A DNA stretch of 64,000 nucleotides from Nitrospirota bacterium (GTDB lineage: Bacteria; Nitrospirota; UBA9217), in NCBI GenBank assembly GCA_963749655.1, contig CAVVOB010000028.1, positions 32,001 through 96,000 of the forward strand, written 5' to 3'. Under the pieces are notes generated by a model that did not search any database, had not been told where the DNA came from, and saw only the letters and a program-made list of their open reading frames with translations. The first letter of the stretch is position 1. The number at the start of each line of letters is the position of its first letter. Positions 18,448 through 30,985 of the stretch are shown piece by piece. The translations under genes and the position numbers were made by a program.

Positions 18448-21400
18448 ATGGCAATCGACAAGAATACAATAATGAAGGAGGCCCAGAAATACGTCGCCAA
18501 GGGCCAGTTCGACAAGGCGATTGCCGAGTGGAGGAAACTGCTCAAGGAGTCGCCCCATGATGCGAACATTTTCAATACCATCGGCGATCTTTGCCTCAAA
18601 AAGAACTCCAAAGCGGAAGCTGTGGACGCCTACCGACGGGCAGCCGACATTCTCGCCCAGGACGGCTTTGCCTCGAAAGCCATAGCCCTTTATAAAAAGG
18701 TTTTGAATATCGACAGCAGCCAGGTCGAAGTCCACCTTGCCCTCGGCGATATGAATGCCGAAAAAGGTCTGACCGGAAACGCCCTCGAGAATTATAAGCA
18801 TGTCGCGGACCATTATAAGAAAGAGAACAAGACCGCCAAGGCCCTCGGTATTTACCAGAAAATGGCGGACCTCAACCCGACGAACGTAGCCTTCCGGCTC
18901 AAGCTGGCCGACATGTACGCCAAAGAGAAAATGATCGCTGAAGCGTCCAAGGCCTACCTTGATGCTGCCGATGTCCATATGTCAAAGGAGGCGTTCAATG
19001 ACGCCCGGCAGCTGTTCGAAAAGGTCCTCGCTCTTGACCCCAACAATAAAACGGTCTATCACAGGGCCGGAATCGTTTACTTCCGCGAAGGAAAATTCGG
19101 GGAAGCCTGCAAGGCGCTGAAGCCCGCCTTCGAGATCGATCCTTCCAATCGCGAGCTCGCCGATAGCTACCTCGACGCCCTGGCGAAAGCGGGCAAGGAG
19201 AGCGACGCTGAGCAGGTCATCACCAAGATCCTCGCTGTGGACGCCGATCGGCCCGACCTGCAGGACAGGCTGTGTCAGTTGCTTCTCGCCAGGCAGGATT
19301 ATCAAAAAGCCCTCGTGGTCGTGTCCGTACAATCCGACGCTCTCGCTGATGCGGGACATCACGAGGTCGCTGAAGGAATTCTCAGGAAATTCGTCGCAGC
19401 CTGTCCCCGCTTTGCTCCCGGCTTTCAGAAGCTCGCCGACCTGTATCGCTCAATGGGCCGCGGCGAGGACGCCGCCCGTGCCCTGGTGCAGGCAGCGACG
19501 ATCCTCGCCGATGCCGGGGACGCGGAAGGCGCCCGGGCAAGTGCGAACCGTGCGCTCGAATTTATTCCCGGCATGCCGGAAGCCTCCGACCTGCTCGGCA
19601 GCCTTGCCCGGCGGGTGCAGACAGCAGCGGCAGCACCCCCGCCACAGTCTCCTCCTGTTGAGAGTGTCCAGGCTCCTCCGCCTCCGCGGCCGGCCCCAAC
19701 CGAGTGGAAACCCCCTGTTGAAACGCCTGCTCCGCCCGCATACGAAGCCGAGCCCTTCCTGGAGCCCGTTGCGCCGCCGGCAGAAGCCGGGGGGGAACCG
19801 CCGGCCATCCAGGAAGCGCTGACCGAGGCTGACGTGCTTGTTAAATACGGCCTCGCCACAAAGGCAATAGAACAGCTTGAAGTCCTTTCACGGTCGTACC
19901 CGGAAAGCACGCAGATCCATCTCAAGCTGCACGATCTTTACGGAGATCAGGGGCAGATGCACAAGGCCGCGGGCCATATGCTTGCCCTTGCCGATCTCTA
20001 TGCGAAGCATGGTTCCCCCGACCTGGCCGAGCAGGCGCTCCATTCGGCACGGGGGATTGATCCGACGAATAGGGATGTCATAGCGCGGTTCGGCGCTCCC
20101 CCGGAGGCGGCAGCCGTGCCGCAGGCTGCGGCTGCACCTTCGGTCGAAGAAGGGTTTCCGCTTCACGAACCTGCCGCGACCGACGAGATCGTGTTCGAAG
20201 GTCTGGATGCAGGCATACCCTCCATCACCGAGGAATTTACCGCTGAAGAGCGCGTTGACCATGCGGCACAGCCGCCCTTCGCGGAAGAGCCCGCTCCTCT
20301 CGAGATGGCCGGGGAAATGTCTGCGGCCGAGGAGGCTCCCTTTACCGGTTCGGAGGCCGAAACCTCTCAGGACCAGTTCGTTGAAGAAAGGCCGCTCGAA
20401 GAAGCGGCTCCCTTCACCGAAGTACAGCCCGACCGTTTTGCGGCGGCAGTCCCTGAACAACCGCCGGCAGAAGAGGCGGACCTCAGTGAAATCTGGGCGG
20501 AGGCCGAATTCTATTATCAGCAAGGTCTGTTTGATGAGGCCAAAAAACATTACGCAAAGATCGTCAGCCTGAATCCCGCGGAAAAGAGGGCCATCGAGAG
20601 GCTCACCGAGATTTCCCGCGAACAGGAAGACTCCGAGGAGTTCACCAAGCTTGCGGAAGCCGTGGAAGGTCTGGAAACCTCTTTCGCAGGTCACGCCGCG
20701 GTTGAGGAACTCCCGATGAGCGAGTCGGATGAAGATGCCGTCCGCAGCCTGATGCAGGAAATCTCCCAGATCAAAACGCCGGAAAGAACCCCGCCGCCCC
20801 CGATCGTGGAGGAGCCTGCTGCTGCGCCTCCGCGGCTGAAGACGCCCAAGACCGAGCCGCCGCTCAAGCCCGTTGCCCCCCGCGAGGCGCAAACTCCTCC
20901 CCTGCGGCCTGCCGCACCCCCTCCGGAGCCTGTTCGGTTCGCGGAAAGACCGGCCGCATCAGCAGCCGCTCCCCCCCGAAAAACCGACGAGGAAGAGTTC
21001 TTCGACCTGGGAGCAGAACTGGCACAGGAAAGCAAAGCTGCCGCAACAATGCGGAAGGATTCAGCGGGTGACGACTTCTTCGATCTTGCCTCGGAGCTCA
21101 GGGATGAGCTGAGCAATGCGGCAGAGCCGGCCCGGCCTGCGGCCTCGGCCGAGGAGCAGAGCCTGGATGAGATCTTCGAGGAATTCAAGAAGGGCGTCGA
21201 GCAACAGTCGATCAAGGAAGATGTCGACACCCACTACAATCTCGGCGTCGCCTACAAGGAAATGGGGCTTCTCGATGACGCGATCAGCGAGTTCACCATG
21301 ACTCCGGAGGACGAGCCGAAATTCATCCAGAGCCGTTACATGCTCGGACTCTGCTATATGGAAAAAGGTGAGTTCAAGAACGCCATCGGCGAGATCCAGA

Positions 21401-21714
21401 ACGCCCTGGACTATTCGGAAAGCCTCGGCGAGGAGGCCCAGGGCGGTATCGAGATGCATTACGACCTCGGGCTGGCCTACCAGGGAGCGGGCAATACCGC
21501 CGCAGCGCTTCGCGAGTTTCAGGTCGTCGCAGGGATGGATCCCGCATACCGCGACACCCGGTCGAAGCTCAAGGAGCTGAAACAGGGAGATTTTGTTTCG
21601 CTCGATCAGTTGAAGACCGACATTGAAAAGGAAATTTCCGCAAAGTTCCTTGAAGAGGGCGAACGGATAGAGCGCGAAGAGAAGCACCGGAAAAGCGAAA
21701 AGATAAGAAACTGA
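18448..21714 (+). CDS. Large TPR protein (N-terminal TPR array, Pro/Glu-rich linkers, C-terminal TPRs), SgmX-like
   Basis: 1088-aa ORF; TPR units (AIALYKKVLNID, LFEKVLALDP); C-terminal DTHYNLGVAYKEMGLLDDAISEF. Confidence 0.88.
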   Translation: MAIDKNTIMKEAQKYVAKGQFDKAIAEWRKLLKESPHDANIFNTIGDLCLKKNSKAEAVDAYRRAADILAQDGFASKAIALYKKVLNIDSSQVEVHLALGDMNAEKGLTGNALENYKHVADHYKKENKTAKALGIYQKMADLNPTNVAFRLKLADMYAKEKMIAEASKAYLDAADVHMSKEAFNDARQLFEKVLALDPNNKTVYHRAGIVYFREGKFGEACKALKPAFEIDPSNRELADSYLDALAKAGKESDAEQVITKILAVDADRPDLQDRLCQLLLARQDYQKALVVVSVQSDALADAGHHEVAEGILRKFVAACPRFAPGFQKLADLYRSMGRGEDAARALVQAATILADAGDAEGARASANRALEFIPGMPEASDLLGSLARRVQTAAAAPPPQSPPVESVQAPPPPRPAPTEWKPPVETPAPPAYEAEPFLEPVAPPAEAGGEPPAIQEALTEADVLVKYGLATKAIEQLEVLSRSYPESTQIHLKLHDLYGDQGQMHKAAGHMLALADLYAKHGSPDLAEQALHSARGIDPTNRDVIARFGAPPEAAAVPQAAAAPSVEEGFPLHEPAATDEIVFEGLDAGIPSITEEFTAEERVDHAAQPPFAEEPAPLEMAGEMSAAEEAPFTGSEAETSQDQFVEERPLEEAAPFTEVQPDRFAAAVPEQPPAEEADLSEIWAEAEFYYQQGLFDEAKKHYAKIVSLNPAEKRAIERLTEISREQEDSEEFTKLAEAVEGLETSFAGHAAVEELPMSESDEDAVRSLMQEISQIKTPERTPPPPIVEEPAAAPPRLKTPKTEPPLKPVAPREAQTPPLRPAAPPPEPVRFAERPAASAAAPPRKTDEEEFFDLGAELAQESKAAATMRKDSAGDDFFDLASELRDELSNAAEPARPAASAEEQSLDEIFEEFKKGVEQQSIKEDVDTHYNLGVAYKEMGLLDDAISEFTMTPEDEPKFIQSRYMLGLCYMEKGEFKNAIGEIQNALDYSESLGEEAQGGIEMHYDLGLAYQGAGNTAAALREFQVVAGMDPAYRDTRSKLKELKQGDFVSLDQLKTDIEKEISAKFLEEGERIEREEKHRKSEKIRN

Positions 21715-21815
21715 TACTGCCCAAATAATAGGCTGATGCCTTTTTTTTGAGCACAACCCTTCCTCGACAACCTAACTAACCAACTGAAATTACACGCCTT
21801 GCACCCTAGCATTAA

Positions 21816-22348
<533 letters not shown>

Positions 22349-22367
22349 ATTTTCAGGAGGAGGAACA

Positions 22368-23780
<1,413 letters not shown>

Positions 23781-23813
23781 TATCGATTTACCACTACCAG
23801 GTGGTGCTTGACG

Positions 23814-23849
23814 ACCGGGACCCTGCAGAACAAGGGTCCCGGTTTTTTT
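23814..23849 (+). terminator. Intrinsic terminator after glnA
   Basis: ACCGGGACCCT-gcagaaca-AGGGTCCCGGT followed by a T-tract. Confidence 0.9.
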
Positions 23850-23919
23850 GTTCCCGGCTTGCGTCATTCCTTTACGAAACCAAAAAACTTCTTTTAAACC
23901 TCATTTTTTTGCAGCTCTC

Positions 23920-23948
23920 TTGACAAGGCGGGGCTGTTTCATTATTAT
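23920..23948 (+). promoter_or_regulatory. Sigma70-like promoter
   Basis: TTGACA-N17-TATTAT upstream of the methyltransferase. Confidence 0.6.
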
Positions 23949-24115
23949 AGCCTCCTCATAAAATGCGGTACCGTATGGCGAGCAGGGACAGCGATCACCC
24001 TCTGATCAAACTGTGGAAAACTTTTATTGACACAGATGGAAATCCGTCTGTACAGGCAAAAAGCCGTCATCACAGCCGCTCACGGGAGGATTGCACTTGA
24101 CGGAAACTTCCACTG

Positions 24116-24640
24116 ATGCCAGAGGTGAAACAAGTTATGAATAAGGTTTCGGACCAATTTGCAAAAAGAGCAGGCTCCTATTCAGGGTCGGCTGTCTGGA
24201 TTTCGCACGGCCCGCTCATACAAGCACATCTGGATGCGACAGGCAGGAAAATGCCGGGCAGTGCTCTTGAGGTATGCTGCGGGACCGGCATGGTGGGACG
24301 CTCCTTCAAGAACGCCGGATGGAATGTCATCGGCATCGATTTGACGGCCGGGATGGCGGAAGAAGCCAACCGATATTTTCCAGCCATCTGCGCGCCGGCG
24401 GAAAAGATCCCGTTTCTCGACGAGGCCTTCGACGTCGCGGTCCTTCGGCAGGCTTACTTCCTGATTCCGGACGGCCAGCAGGTCCTCGCCCAGATCAGCA
24501 GGGTGCTGCGGCCCGACGGGACGTTCGTCTTCGGCCAGACCGTGCCCTACTCTTCAAAAGATGCGGCCTGGCTCGAAAAAATCCATCGGACGAAGCAGGC
24601 AGCGCTCCTGCATTTTTTCACGGAAGAGGGAGCGCATGGA
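24116..24640 (+). pseudogene. Class I SAM-dependent methyltransferase, apparently C-terminally truncated
   Basis: ALEVCCGTG; VIGIDLTAGM; IPFLDEAFDVAV; RVLRPDG. The frame then runs through GGAGG-ATG into the start of the next gene. Confidence 0.7.
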
Positions 24641-24653
24641 GGAATGGCTATAA

Positions 24654-25534
24654 TGCATCACGGCCTCGATTCGGAATTCGGAAATCTGAGGACGGTGCTC
24701 CTGTATGCGCCGGGACTGAAGCCGAACTGCACCCCGATCCGCTGACATCCATCATCTCCGCCGATCGCGTACATGCCCTTTCCCGCGAATTCGACGGCAT
24801 CACTGCCGCGTATGCAAAGCTCGGCGTCGACGTTCACTGGATCGACCCGTCGCAGCTCAGCAGTGACCGAAGATATCTTTACAATATGATGTACTGCCGC
24901 GACCTGTTCTTTATGACGCCCCGCGGTGCGATCCTCTCCAGCATGGCCAGCGGCGTCAGGAAGGAAGAGGTGCGGTATGCTGAGCGCGCGCTTACTACGG
25001 CCGGCGCTCCGATCCTCCATGCCGTTTCGGGAGGAGGAACCATTGAAGGGGCCACGCTCTGTGGATCAAGCAAGCCTAGTCGTCTCGGCGAGGCAAACGG
25101 ACCAGCGGCCCGGCATTCGAGCAGATCAAGACGATCCTGAAGGGCCAGAACGTCGAATGCGTTGTCGTGTCCGCTCGCCAGGACCGGACCCAGCACCTGC
25201 TGGGCATCGTGCAGATCGTGGACCGGGACCTGGCGCTCCTGCGCCACGAAATCGCCGACCCGGAAATCGGTCGATTGCTGGAAAGCCTCGGTTTCTTCGT
25301 CGTCCCCGTACCGGAGAGCGAAGAAGTGGCAACGCGGCAGGCCATGAACATCGTCACCGCAGCGCCGCGGACCATCATGATGACGGCAGGCTGCCCTGAA
25401 ACAAAGGCGCTCTATCAGCGGGCGGGCATAACCGTTGCCGCAGAAGTTGAACTGACACAGCTCCTGCGGGGGCGGGCGGGCTTGCATGCGCTACCGGCAT
25501 TATTGCACGCGACTCGTACATCTCCGGCAGATGA
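24654..25534 (+). pseudogene. Amidinotransferase/DDAH/arginine-deiminase superfamily protein, multiple frameshifts
   Basis: Fragments in different frames: GLDSEFGNLRTVLLYAPG; NMMYCRDLFF; VRKEE; GTIEGA(D)ALWI; QHLLG; AMNIV; GL(A)CATGIIARD (catalytic Cys motif). Confidence 0.75.
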
Positions 25535-25666
25535 CCTGCCGTCGAACTTCTTCCTCTCAATTCCCGGATGTCCGTTCCATGTACAGCATTGATCGCTGTT
25601 TCCGCGGCTTCCCGGCGTCTTTTTCTGATTGACCTCCCCCTGCTCCTGGTATAGTATTGCAACAGA

Positions 25667-28600
25667 ATGTTTCAATGGAAACTTCATACGAAGTTCCTCG
25701 TTTTCGTGCTCGGGAGCGTCATTCTCGTCCTCGGCACGTTGTCGTTCCTGTTCATCCGGCGCGAAGCACGCCTGATCAGCCAGAAAAACATCGAAACGCA
25801 GCACGTTCTTGCCGCTTCCTTCGCCGAGGACCTTGCCGAAAACATGCTGGAAGGCAGGCCGAGAAGCACCCTGAACCTGATGAAGGCCATGCAGAAGAAC
25901 TTCAACCTCGCGCGCCTTGAGGTCCTCCGTGAGGACGGCTCACGAGCCTTCGGCAGAGCAGCCGGCCGGATCGATGCTCCCCGCCTGGCGGAGGCCTTCT
26001 CATCGGGCAGAGAGGTCGACTTTCAGGAGACGGGAGACCCCCCCCTCAGCACCATCGTCATCCCCCTGACAAACGAAGCCAGCTGCCGGAGATGCCACAA
26101 AACAAATGGGGCGATTCTCGGCGCCGTGCTTGTATCCGTTTCGCGGGAAGATGATATCCGGGAGATCATTAAGAGCAGGCGGGACCTGTCCTTTCTGTTC
26201 TCCGCCGCCATCGGGCTCATCGGCTTGATCCTGTACGCCATGATCAGGAAGGTCGTTCTCGGCCCCCTGACGCAACTCCATCAGGGCGCCGAACGCCTCG
26301 GGCGGGGCGACTTCGCGCACCGGATCGCCCTGCCGACGCGGGACGAACTGCAGGATCTTGCCCTGGCCTTCAACGCCATGGCCGGCCGCATCGAAGAATC
26401 CTATTCGGGGCTCGAGGACGCCATCCGCGAGCGGACTTCACAGCTGCATACGGCCCTCGGAGAGATCCAGGAAAAAGCCAGCCGCCTGTACGCCTACAGC
26501 CGGGACATGGCCACGATTTCCCGTCTGTCCACAAAAGTATTCAACGTCGATGTTTCGCTTGACGAAATGCTCGACCGTTTCATGTGGAGCCTTGCCCGCG
26601 GCCTCGGCTACCGGGAAACCATGCTCTGCCTGGTCGATCGCAAGCGGGTGTGGCTCGACGTCAAGCGGGACACCGGGCTCGGCAACTTATTGCCCTTTCG
26701 GGGACAGTCGCTGCTCAGCAACGATCCCATCATCAGCATCGTCAGGAAAAGCAACATCGAGGTCCTGGACCGCAGTGCCCTTGGGAACGCGGGGATAGAA
26801 TTGCATGCAGGCCTCGCGAAAGACGATCCCCACGAATTCTATTTCATCCCGCTCCTGAACAGAAAACACAACAATAAGTGCTGGCAGGTCACAAGCTGCA
26901 TCAAGACCGACTGCCCGGCCTATGCCGACGAGAAAGCCCACTGCTGGCTTGTCGACAATACGCTCTGCGGCAACCCCATCCGCGAATCCTACGGCAGCAA
27001 GCTGGCCTACTGCATGACCTGCCAGATGTTTCCGGTCATCGGCGTGCTGATCGTGGCCGCCGATGTTCGCAAGCAGCCTTTGCGCAACAGAAATGTCGGC
27101 GTTCTCCGGATCCTTGCGGCTGAAATTGCCTCGGCACTGGAAAACCGCAGGCTTCACGAGGCAAACCAGCAGATGGTCCGGGAACTCCTCGAGCTCCATC
27201 GGGTAACGGCCGCCGCACTCGCCGATCTCTCGCTTATGAAAGCACTCGAGGTTTTCACCGACTCGGCGCTGAAATTTGCCGGTCTCGATGCCTGCTATTT
27301 CTGGCTGATGACGCCGGACGGCCGCGAGCTCGTAAGGCAGGCAGGCGGGAACATCGACAACGAGGGCGCACCTGACGACCAGCCGGACCGCCTCCCCGCG
27401 GACAGCGGCCTCCTCGGCCGCGCGCTGCTCCAGAAAAGCAACTTCGTGATCGATTACGACGTTGCTGCCCACGATCCCGGACTGGGCGCGGCCGCGCGGT
27501 CCACCGGCATGCATTCGCTGCTCGCTGTCCCGCTGAAGAGCGAAGGCGGCCCGCTCGGCGTGTTTACGGTGCACAAGCGGGGAACGATGCCCTTCCTCGA
27601 AACGGAGGTTGCGGCGTTCATGCTCCTCGCGAACCAGGCCGCCATGACCGTCAATGTCTGCATGCTGAGCGACGAGTTGAAGGTCCAGAACCGGGAGCTC
27701 GCACGCCATACGGGCCTGCTGAGCGGCATCCTCTCGAACATGTCGAGCGGAATCATGCTTCTCGACGAGAACACGACCATTGCACTGGTCAACCAGGTCG
27801 GCGCGGACATCCTCCAGACCGGCCGTGATCTGCTCCTGAACAAACAGCTGTCGTCGTTCTTTCCCGAAGCCTCGGCCTTCGTCAGTTCCGCTGTGGGTTC
27901 CTACCAGGAGATGGAAATCCGCCTCAGGAACGGAACGACCGTGCCCATAGGTTATTCAAAGACTTTTTACCGCAGCTCGCCCGGCGAGTCGGAGGGCATC
28001 ATCGTCGTGTTCCGGGACCTTTCCGAAATCAAGACGCTCCAGGCCGAGCTGTTGAACAAGGAACGCTTCGCGGCCATGGGAAGGGTGGTGGCCGGCGTCG
28101 CTCACGAGATCCGAAATCCGCTCTTCGGCATCAGCTCCGTCGGCCAGATCCTGGAGCGGGAAATCCACGATCCGGCGCACCAGGAACTCATCCGGGCGCT
28201 CCTCTCCGAATCGCGGCGGATGAACCAGCTGGTGGAAGAGCTCCTTCTTTACGGACGGCCCATGAAACTGAACCCGGAGTCCTGCGATGTTGCCGCGATC
28301 TGGGGCGAAGTGATCAACATGCACCGCAGCGAACTCGAACGGAAGCAGATCGTGATCAACGGAGACCTTCAGGTAAAGCACATGACGGCGCTGCTCGATA
28401 CCAATCAGATCCGCCAGGTGTTTCTCAATCTTCTCAGAAACGCGATCGACGCCGCGGACCGCGGCGGCGCGATCGATTTCCGCGTGCTCCTCGAGGACCG
28501 GCACATCGTCGTAAAAATCTCCGATACGGGCCGCGGAATCCCTGCGAACGACCTCGACAGGATCTTTGATCTCTTTTACACGACCAAACCGAAAGGCACG

Positions 28601-28747
28601 GGGCTCGGACTGGCCATCTGCAAAAAGATCGTCCAGGACCACGGCGGCGACATTTCCGTTGAAAGCAAGGAAGGAAAAGGCTCCGCCTTCACGATCAAGC
28701 TGCCGTATCGCGGAATCCCGGCCGACCCGGTTGTAGCAGCAACCTGA
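25667..28747 (+). CDS. Membrane sensor histidine kinase: periplasmic CxxCH, HAMP, GAF with Cys-rich insert, GAF, PAS, HisKA, HATPase
   Basis: Two TMs; SCRRCH; RDELQDLALAFNAM; CW..CPAY..CW..LC..CMTC insert; VAHEIRNPL; YTTKPKGTGLGL. Confidence 0.93.
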   Translation: MFQWKLHTKFLVFVLGSVILVLGTLSFLFIRREARLISQKNIETQHVLAASFAEDLAENMLEGRPRSTLNLMKAMQKNFNLARLEVLREDGSRAFGRAAGRIDAPRLAEAFSSGREVDFQETGDPPLSTIVIPLTNEASCRRCHKTNGAILGAVLVSVSREDDIREIIKSRRDLSFLFSAAIGLIGLILYAMIRKVVLGPLTQLHQGAERLGRGDFAHRIALPTRDELQDLALAFNAMAGRIEESYSGLEDAIRERTSQLHTALGEIQEKASRLYAYSRDMATISRLSTKVFNVDVSLDEMLDRFMWSLARGLGYRETMLCLVDRKRVWLDVKRDTGLGNLLPFRGQSLLSNDPIISIVRKSNIEVLDRSALGNAGIELHAGLAKDDPHEFYFIPLLNRKHNNKCWQVTSCIKTDCPAYADEKAHCWLVDNTLCGNPIRESYGSKLAYCMTCQMFPVIGVLIVAADVRKQPLRNRNVGVLRILAAEIASALENRRLHEANQQMVRELLELHRVTAAALADLSLMKALEVFTDSALKFAGLDACYFWLMTPDGRELVRQAGGNIDNEGAPDDQPDRLPADSGLLGRALLQKSNFVIDYDVAAHDPGLGAAARSTGMHSLLAVPLKSEGGPLGVFTVHKRGTMPFLETEVAAFMLLANQAAMTVNVCMLSDELKVQNRELARHTGLLSGILSNMSSGIMLLDENTTIALVNQVGADILQTGRDLLLNKQLSSFFPEASAFVSSAVGSYQEMEIRLRNGTTVPIGYSKTFYRSSPGESEGIIVVFRDLSEIKTLQAELLNKERFAAMGRVVAGVAHEIRNPLFGISSVGQILEREIHDPAHQELIRALLSESRRMNQLVEELLLYGRPMKLNPESCDVAAIWGEVINMHRSELERKQIVINGDLQVKHMTALLDTNQIRQVFLNLLRNAIDAADRGGAIDFRVLLEDRHIVVKISDTGRGIPANDLDRIFDLFYTTKPKGTGLGLAICKKIVQDHGGDISVESKEGKGSAFTIKLPYRGIPADPVVAAT

Positions 28748-28819
28748 CAGCGGCGGTTCGGTGCCGATGCATTGCCGACGCCGCGTGCCTGCATCCATCG
28801 TGAGTACCAGGTGTAAACA

Positions 28820-30175
28820 ATGCCGAACCTGTTGATCGTCGACGACGACGACTCCATAACCGCACTGCTGCGCCACAACTTCTCCTCCCGTCAATGGGAC
28901 GTCGCGGAAGCGCACGACGGTGCAAGCGCCCTGAGCCTGTCGGAGAAGCTCGGCCCCGACATCGTCCTGCTCGACATGCGGCTCCCCGACATGGACGGCA
29001 TGGAGGTACTGCAGCGGCTCAAGACGCAGGGGTGCACCGCAGCGATCATCATCATGACCGGGTGGGGCACCATAGAGAACGCGGTCAATGCAATCAAGCA
29101 GGGCGCCGAGCAATACCTGACCAAGCCGGTCAATCTGATCGAGCTGAACGCCCTGCTGGACCGGGTGATGGAGACGAGGAAGCTCAGGATCGAGAACCTC
29201 TACTACCAGCACCGCATGGACCACTCGGTCGTGGGATCGTCGACAGCTATATACCGGATCCATCATCTGATAGACCTGATGGCGGAAAACGCGGACACGA
29301 CCGTGCTGCTCCTCGGGGAAAGCGGCACAGGAAAGGAGCTGGCCGCGCGGGAGATCCACCGCAGGAGCGCCCGTCACGAACGCCCGTTCCTCGACATCAA
29401 CTGCGCGGTCCTGTCCGAAACGCTGCTGGAGAGCGAGATCTTCGGCCACGAGCGGGGCGCCTTCACCGACGCGCGGGAACGCAAGCCGGGGCTCCTCGAA
29501 GTGGCCGATGGCGGCACCGTATTTCTCGACGAAATCGGGGAACTGCCGCTTGCGGTCCAGCCGAAGCTGCTGCGGGTCTTGGAGACGCGGACGTTCAGGC
29601 GCCTCGGCAGCACCCGGGACATCAAGGTGAACGTCCGCCTCATCGCGGCCACCAACAGGGACCTCGCCGAAGCGGTGGCGCGCGGCCGTTTCCGGGATGA
29701 CCTCTACTATCGCCTCAAGGTCTTCCCCGTCGAGATCCCGCCGCTGCGCGACCGAAAGAGCGACATCCCGATCCTGCTGAACCATTTCGTGAACCACTAC
29801 AACGGCGTCCTTAAAAAATCACTCAGCGGCTTTACTCCTGCTGCAAGCGAGCTTCTCCAGGCGTACGCGTGGCCGGGCAATGTGCGGGAGCTCAAGAACA
29901 TCGTCGAGCGCGCAATGGTCCTCTCGCGAAACCCTGCCATGGACGTAGACCTGCTGCCGGTCGAGATCACCGGAATGACGCTTCGTGAGCAGGCTGCGGA
30001 ACCGCCGTTCCCGTCGGCCGCCGGTGCTGTGAAACCGCTGGATGAAGTGGAGCGCGACTACATTCTGTCCATCCTGAGAGCTCAGGACGGAAACAGGTCG
30101 ACCACGGCCCGGCTTCTCGGCATCGCCCGGTCGACGCTCCAGGAGAAACTCAAAAAATTCGGAGTTCAGGAGTGA
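28820..30175 (+). CDS. NtrC-family sigma54-dependent response regulator
   Basis: REC (LLDMRLP); GESGTGKE; GAFTDA; [10 protein letters not shown]; C-terminal Fis-type HTH. Confidence 0.95.
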   Translation: MPNLLIVDDDDSITALLRHNFSSRQWDVAEAHDGASALSLSEKLGPDIVLLDMRLPDMDGMEVLQRLKTQGCTAAIIIMTGWGTIENAVNAIKQGAEQYLTKPVNLIELNALLDRVMETRKLRIENLYYQHRMDHSVVGSSTAIYRIHHLIDLMAENADTTVLLLGESGTGKELAAREIHRRSARHERPFLDINCAVLSETLLESEIFGHERGAFTDARERKPGLLEVADGGTVFLDEIGELPLAVQPKLLRVLETRTFRRLGSTRDIKVNVRLIAATNRDLAEAVARGRFRDDLYYRLKVFPVEIPPLRDRKSDIPILLNHFVNHYNGVLKKSLSGFTPAASELLQAYAWPGNVRELKNIVERAMVLSRNPAMDVDLLPVEITGMTLREQAAEPPFPSAAGAVKPLDEVERDYILSILRAQDGNRSTTARLLGIARSTLQEKLKKFGVQE

Positions 30176-30177
30176 TC

Positions 30178-30963
30178 ATGATCAGGACTGCCTTTATCCG
30201 CCGCTCACCGGGCTGCAGATCGAACTTCCGGAGCACTTGGCTTGCCGCCGTCATTCTGTTTGCGGTCCTGGCCCCTGCTTTCGCCTTTCCGGCGGATAGC
30301 CTGATCATTGAGCACGGCAGCCGGAGTTCACGCCTGGTCGCCTTGACCTTCGACGCCTGTCCTTCCAATCTTACCGATGAATACGATGAGGCGGTGATCA
30401 AGGTTCTTGTGAGCGAAAAGGTCCCTGCCACGCTCTTCCTGAGCGGCCGATGGGTCGAAAAAAATCGTGAGCGGGCCGCAGAACTCGCGCGTCTGCCCGG
30501 CTTCGAAATCGCGGCCCACAGCTACTATCACCCCCATCTGCTCGAAAAAGATGATGATCGCGTCATGCGGGAAATGCGTCGAACGCAGGCGATCATCAAA
30601 AAAGCGACCGGCAAGGTCCCGCGCTACTTCCGTCCACCCTATGGCGAGGTGGACGAACGCGTGGCCGGGCTGGCAAAGAAAGCCGGGCTCACGACGATAC
30701 AGTATGACATCGCGTCTGGCGACCCGGACCCCGGGCTTTCCGCGAAGCGGATCGTACGCGCCGTTCTTGCCGATGCACGGGGAGGCAGCATTATCGTATT
30801 TCATATGAACCGCAAAGGCGTGCATACGGCGGAGGTTCTGCCGGAGGTCATCAAGGGACTGCGGGAAAAGGAATTTACCCTGGTGACGGTCGGGGAGATG
30901 CTGAAAAAAGCGGAGAACAAACCTGTTGACGCGGATTCAGGACCGACTCCATCGTCGCCCTGA
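30178..30963 (+). CDS. Exported polysaccharide deacetylase (NodB family)
   Basis: Signal-like N-terminus; VALTFDA; ATLFLSG; HSYYHP; YFRPPYG; GSIIVFH. Confidence 0.9.
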   Translation: MIRTAFIRRSPGCRSNFRSTWLAAVILFAVLAPAFAFPADSLIIEHGSRSSRLVALTFDACPSNLTDEYDEAVIKVLVSEKVPATLFLSGRWVEKNRERAAELARLPGFEIAAHSYYHPHLLEKDDDRVMREMRRTQAIIKKATGKVPRYFRPPYGEVDERVAGLAKKAGLTTIQYDIASGDPDPGLSAKRIVRAVLADARGGSIIVFHMNRKGVHTAEVLPEVIKGLREKEFTLVTVGEMLKKAENKPVDADSGPTPSSP

Positions 30964-30985
30964 ACTGGAAATACGATTTACGAAA

